DNA of 60,726 nucleotides from a virus (Duplodnaviria; Caudoviricetes): IMG/VR virus record IMGVR_UViG_3300045131_000496, positions 1 to 60,726 of that record; one strand, 5' to 3'. Shown piece by piece: positions 56,871 to 60,726 of this stretch (position 1 is its first letter; each line of letters starts with the position of its first letter). The notes under the pieces were generated by a model. It saw only the letters and a program-made list of their open reading frames with translations, ran no database searches and was not told where the DNA came from. The position numbers and the translations under genes were made by a program.

Positions 56871-59482
56871 TGTTGGTTTCCTTTTTGGATGAATAATTTA
56901 ACTGCTGCGGCTAGATTAGCTTGCAACGTAGGTAGTAGTTCTAATTTTTCTAGGATAGGTGAAACTTTAGTAGCACTGAATGCACTCAGCACAGTACGTA
57001 GAGTTTCATTGTCCTCAATCTCTTGTTTAGTGATAGTAATACCGATAGAAGTCATGTAGTCTTTGTAACTAGTTGAGAAGTACTTTTTAAGTACATCTTC
57101 TGACTGACGTAAGTCTTGGTAATAAGCGATGTTACCAGACCAGCCATCACGATATTCAGAAATATATGATAAGTTATGAGTATCATCCTTATAAAGCTTT
57201 AACACTTCTTGTGCTTCAGGTGACAATACCTTAAGCCCTAGTTGGTACACAGCATCGTAGTGCCCAGTCAATATTATAGCTTGGCGAAGAGCAGTAACAA
57301 GTAAGTATAGTTCTGCATATGGTGCATATTCCTCACGAGTATATTTATTAATTTGATACTCAGGCTTCTCTGCACCATAGGCTTCACAGATAACTACTTT
57401 GTCACCTTTACTCTCTACGAATTTAGAAAAACGTGAAGTACGCTTTTCAGAGCTGCGTGTAAGTACTAGAACACAAACATTTTCTTGAGGTTTAACTACT
57501 TTCATCCCTTTAAGAATATGCAACGGATTGTATCCACTTTTAGCATCATCTGCTGAATGGAAGATATAGTACTTATCGTAATCAGACTCATAAAAGTCAC
57601 TAGATGTAGCATACTTACTAGTAGTTTCATCACCTGCAATATCATAGATATCGCCTATTACAGTTTCAGAGGCTGGAGTACTGGTTGTTTTACCTTTACT
57701 GCCAGCTACTTTAGTTGTACTTTGGGTTTTAGGAATCAACTTACGAATTGCTTTGACATCTTCAGTAGTTACACTAGGTAATACAACTGAACCTGCATAG
57801 TTAATTGCCCACTCTGTAGTAGAGTTGTACTCTTCTACTACTAGCACTTTATGAATATCTGCAGTGCTATAAGGAACATCCCCATAAACTTCCGCCTTCT
57901 CTAAAGCATTTAGATAAGATGCAAAAGTGTTAGCACAGACATCTTTTACAATATGCTTATGATCAAACATATCACTATACGTCAAGTTACCTTGGTATGT
58001 TCTAGCCTTATAACTACCTTTACTATAGTAGATCTCACGGTAACGAGCTTTTAAGTGATCTTCAAAACGAACAGCAGTAATCATAGCCAGGTAACGAGCT
58101 TTTAAGTGATCTTCAAAACGAACAGCAGTAATCATAGCCAAACGTCTATGCTCGTTTATATCCCTATCAAACATTTGCTTAATTACGTAATCAGCATCTA
58201 CGGAGTCTGGTTGTCCAAGTAGCGACCTCAAAGACGTTAAATACTGCACTAGATTAGTGGTACGTTCGGCATCAACAAATGTTTTAATAACATCATCATT
58301 AGATTTAGGATATTGTTCATAATCCTGTACTCGATATACGATACTATTAATCAACATATTTAGTACACCTAGGTTAGGTGTTGTGTCTAGTTTATCGTTA
58401 AACTTCACTAAAAAGTCTGCAAAAGTATTATTATCATTAACCATAGCAATAACGTCTTTAACATGGCTTGTAATAGCCTCACAATTTTGTGTTAAGCTGT
58501 TAGACAAATACGTTAGGTACTCTTTCAAACCTTTCAAGATAACCTGCAAGTTATTGGCATTATCAATAACTGTCTCTCTAGACGGAGCTAGTTTAATGCT
58601 TCCAGTACTAAATAGTAGCGAAACATTGATGGTTTGTCTAGATCTGCTAGTTAGCTGTACTAGTGTACTATTAAACAAGTCATTAAGCTCTTTGTCTGAT
58701 GCTAAAGCATTGTCAATCTTTTTGCTTAACGCTGTTGGTACAGTATATGCAAAATCACCAATAACTAGCTTATTGATAATGTTAAGACGATCATCGCTAT
58801 AGTAGACAGACTTAGTAACTACATCACCATTAGGTACTCCAGCAGTACGTACAAAAGTGTTAATACGAATAGGGTTATCAACACCTGTAAACTTAGGAGT
58901 AACTTCCCAGTATGTAAATAGATCAGAACTAGCCTCAGTAATTAAACGACTAATAACGTCTGAATCCGATACAGGGATACGGATAGTAGTACCACTAGGT
59001 TCAGTAGTCTCTTCTGAGCCTACAATAGAGTAGTCAGGTTTGCCTTCATCTAGGTAAGAGATAATTGTAGTCTTTACACCATTTTTTACTGAAATAGTAG
59101 TGAATGATTCTGCGATAGAAAACGGGCTCTTAGATCCAATACCGAAACCACCAATGAACTCATTAGAGGTACGTTTAGAAGAACTGAAGAAGTTTGTGTA
59201 AAGGCTTACTATATCTGCTTTGCTCATACCGATACCGCAGTCACTAATGACAAGGTAAGGATCGAATGAGCTAGGTAATTTAATAGTGACAGGAATGTGA
59301 GCAGTACCGTTAGCTCGTTGGCTATCTAAAGCATTAGCCGCTGCTTCACGTAGTACTGCACGTTCTTTGTTAGTGTATAGTGAACTAGATAAGATCTCGA
59401 AGCTTACTTCTGATACTTCCATACCATACTGTTGAGATGCTCCGATAGTGTTAACTGCACTTGAAGATTGTTCTAAAATCAT
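56867..59482 (-). CDS. rIIA: rIIA-like protein (GHKL/HSP90-like ATPase N-terminus)
   Basis: LSSSLYTNKERAVLREAAANALDS, DCGIGMS, IGGFGIGSKSPF, SRE; adjacent to rIIB. Confidence 0.9.
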   Translation of the reverse strand: MILEQSSSAVNTIGASQQYGMEVSEVSFEILSSSLYTNKERAVLREAAANALDSQRANGTAHIPVTIKLPSSFDPYLVISDCGIGMSKADIVSLYTNFFSSSKRTSNEFIGGFGIGSKSPFSIAESFTTISVKNGVKTTIISYLDEGKPDYSIVGSEETTEPSGTTIRIPVSDSDVISRLITEASSDLFTYWEVTPKFTGVDNPIRINTFVRTAGVPNGDVVTKSVYYSDDRLNIINKLVIGDFAYTVPTALSKKIDNALASDKELNDLFNSTLVQLTSRSRQTINVSLLFSTGSIKLAPSRETVIDNANNLQVILKGLKEYLTYLSNSLTQNCEAITSHVKDVIAMVNDNNTFADFLVKFNDKLDTTPNLGVLNMLINSIVYRVQDYEQYPKSNDDVIKTFVDAERTTNLVQYLTSLRSLLGQPDSVDADYVIKQMFDRDINEHRRLAMITAVRFEDHLKARYLAMITAVRFEDHLKARYREIYYSKGSYKARTYQGNLTYSDMFDHKHIVKDVCANTFASYLNALEKAEVYGDVPYSTADIHKVLVVEEYNSTTEWAINYAGSVVLPSVTTEDVKAIRKLIPKTQSTTKVAGSKGKTTSTPASETVIGDIYDIAGDETTSKYATSSDFYESDYDKYYIFHSADDAKSGYNPLHILKGMKVVKPQENVCVLVLTRSSEKRTSRFSKFVESKGDKVVICEAYGAEKPEYQINKYTREEYAPYAELYLLVTALRQAIILTGHYDAVYQLGLKVLSPEAQEVLKLYKDDTHNLSYISEYRDGWSGNIAYYQDLRQSEDVLKKYFSTSYKDYMTSIGITITKQEIEDNETLRTVLSAFSATKVSPILEKLELLPTLQANLAAAVKLFIQKGNQQ
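58039..58140. repeat. Perfect 51-bp in-frame tandem duplication in rIIA
   Basis: GGTAACGAGCTTTTAAGTGATCTTCAAAACGAACAGCAGTAATCATAGCCA x2, giving LAMITAVRFEDHLKARY x2. Confidence 0.95.
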
Positions 59483-59868
59483 TTTGTTGCTCCAATAGGG
59501 CGTTTATTAATTTCTGTTTTTGAGGAAATGGTTATTTCAATATTTTTAGGTAGTAGTTCTTTATCAATGATTTCATATAAATCTTGAGCAACTAAGTTGT
59601 CTTGTTGCTTGAATATATCCCTAAAATACCTAACAGCTTCATGCTTTTTAGGTAGTATTTTTACTTCTGTAGTGGTATATGTTTCAATAACATTACCATC
59701 AGATGTATCTACTGTTTCTGAATTTGTATCTGTTCTATCTGTACTTAGATCAGCAAGCATTGCTTCATACAGTCTTCTAGCTGTATCTTGAGACTTTCTA
59801 AAGACTTCTGCTTGTGATTTAAGTAATTCCAGATGATCAGTGTTGAATGAAGTATACTGATTTGACAT
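59479..59868 (-). CDS. Hypothetical protein
   Basis: AAGGA RBS; ATGA overlap with rIIA. Confidence 0.6.
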   Translation of the reverse strand: MSNQYTSFNTDHLELLKSQAEVFRKSQDTARRLYEAMLADLSTDRTDTNSETVDTSDGNVIETYTTTEVKILPKKHEAVRYFRDIFKQQDNLVAQDLYEIIDKELLPKNIEITISSKTEINKRPIGATK

Positions 59869-60403
59869 CTGCTTGTCCTTTAGTCATACAATGAGTACAA
59901 TCAAAACCGCACTTTACATGTGAACCTTTTACATGAGGACATATAAAGGCGTTAGGAGGTGCTTTCTCTCTTGTACCGTAGTTTAACCTACCAAAGTGAA
60001 AAGAATTGATTAAAACAAAGTTAGGTAGTTTACCTATCTCTGTAAAATCTAGTTCTTTAATTCTCTTTGTATAGGCGTAAAAAGTAATTTCTGGAAAAGT
60101 TGAAACAATCCTATACCAGCTTTTTATATATTCGTTGTTATAGAACTCGCCTGCAGAAGCATGGATTCTAACGTATTTAAAAGGTCGCCTAAAGGACTTT
60201 AACTCTTTTTTGATACGTGATACAAAGTCAGGCTGTAAAGTCGCTTCATAACGTTTTTGCTGTGCTACAAGGATGCTAGGCCATATCCTATATGCTTTAT
60301 GGCTATAACATCCTGAGCAGGTTCTACCGCATATCTCTTGAGATGCAGGTATGTTAAACACAGGGAAATCTAGTTTAGCGTTTCCCCATTGTAAAAGTTT
60401 CAT
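59837..60403 (-). CDS. GP88-family (radical-SAM-like, Cys-rich) protein
   Basis: GNAKL..FNIPA..CGRTCSGCY..VRIHASAGEFY..FYAYTK..CP..CGFDCTHC. Confidence 0.7.
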   Translation of the reverse strand: MKLLQWGNAKLDFPVFNIPASQEICGRTCSGCYSHKAYRIWPSILVAQQKRYEATLQPDFVSRIKKELKSFRRPFKYVRIHASAGEFYNNEYIKSWYRIVSTFPEITFYAYTKRIKELDFTEIGKLPNFVLINSFHFGRLNYGTREKAPPNAFICPHVKGSHVKCGFDCTHCMTKGQADVKSVYFIQH

Positions 60404-60419
60404 AAATAATAAGATCCCT

Positions 60420-60644
60420 CTAAAAAGAATGGGTAGTAGTGAGATCTACTTCATCTAGGTATACTTGTAACCTACCTAGTAAACCATCATGGATAGAGTT
60501 TAGATGGTCTATAGCTTCATCCGTCCATTGCACTTGACCGTTAATACGATCTAGCTCTTTTTGGTAACTGCGATAGGTTGATACCCAATCAGTTAATACT
60601 GTACCTAGTATATGAGGTATAGCTGTTTTAGGTAGTTTACTCAT
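60420..60644 (-). CDS. Hypothetical protein
   Basis: 74-aa ORF in operon context. Confidence 0.55.
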   Translation of the reverse strand: MSKLPKTAIPHILGTVLTDWVSTYRSYQKELDRINGQVQWTDEAIDHLNSIHDGLLGRLQVYLDEVDLTTTHSF

Positions 60645-60726
60645 CTAGTTTGTCCATAACTTGTTGTACTTCCTCTAAGGTTGCGTTGTTGGGTAGTCTT
60701 AGCATTGATTGCCTAATTAGCAAATC
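60637..60726 (-). CDS. Partial CDS (3' end), hypothetical
   Basis: Open frame DLLIRQSMLRLPNNATLEEVQQVMDKLDE* overlapping the next start. Confidence 0.45.
   Translation of the reverse strand, partial: DLLIRQSMLRLPNNATLEEVQQVMDKLDE

Larger units (their letters stand above)
1..60726. mobile_element. Segment of an N4-like (Schitoviridae-type) bacteriophage genome
   Basis: Giant single-subunit virion RNAP, N4-type portal and major capsid protein, N4 late-gene order, rIIA/rIIB, dense overlapping genes; no host housekeeping genes or integrase in the window. Confidence 0.93.

Noticed and set aside
49711-59791. Plus-strand ORFs opposite the middle genes (49711, 49890, 51591, 54866, 57557, 58383, 59597)
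   Set aside because: Antisense shadows of recognisable genes
1-60726. tRNA, rRNA, CRISPR array, integrase, transposase
   Set aside because: None recognised; intergenic gaps are short and show no cloverleaf or spaced direct repeats. A tRNAscan/Infernal run would be needed to exclude them formally

Overview
The whole window is a contiguous piece of an AT-rich, N4-like (Schitoviridae-type) lytic phage genome. Positions 1-49.4 kb (+ strand) are the late/virion region in N4 gene order: gp67-like adaptor, a large tail-fibre/adaptor cluster, lysis region, portal, gp58/gp57-like, major capsid protein, gp55/54/53/52/51-like proteins and the virion RNA polymerase. Positions 49.35-60.7 kb (- strand) are middle/DNA-metabolism genes: MazG-like, RNR alpha with an intein, ATP-cone-fused RNR beta, RusA-like, HU-like, rIIB, rIIA and GP88-like. 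Highlights: (1) the vRNAP is split into a polymerase-bearing ORF and a separate C-terminal-domain ORF, with an LPD23/zincin ORF between them; four of the only five cysteines in about 4,760 aa lie within 4 residues of the split junctions, suggesting a head-to-tail disulfide-linked ejection chain. (2) An Aer-like PAS-TM-HAMP-PAS sensor with no output domain overlaps the putative holin gene of the lysis cassette and is followed by an unannotated 34-aa membrane peptide. (3) A hairpin sequesters the endolysin RBS and overlaps a -10 box, as in T4 gene e. (4) A recurring (D/E/N/S)-S-L-A-x-M motif occurs in small portal-adjacent and ejection proteins. All family calls come from visual motif recognition and recalled N4 synteny; no database searches were run.
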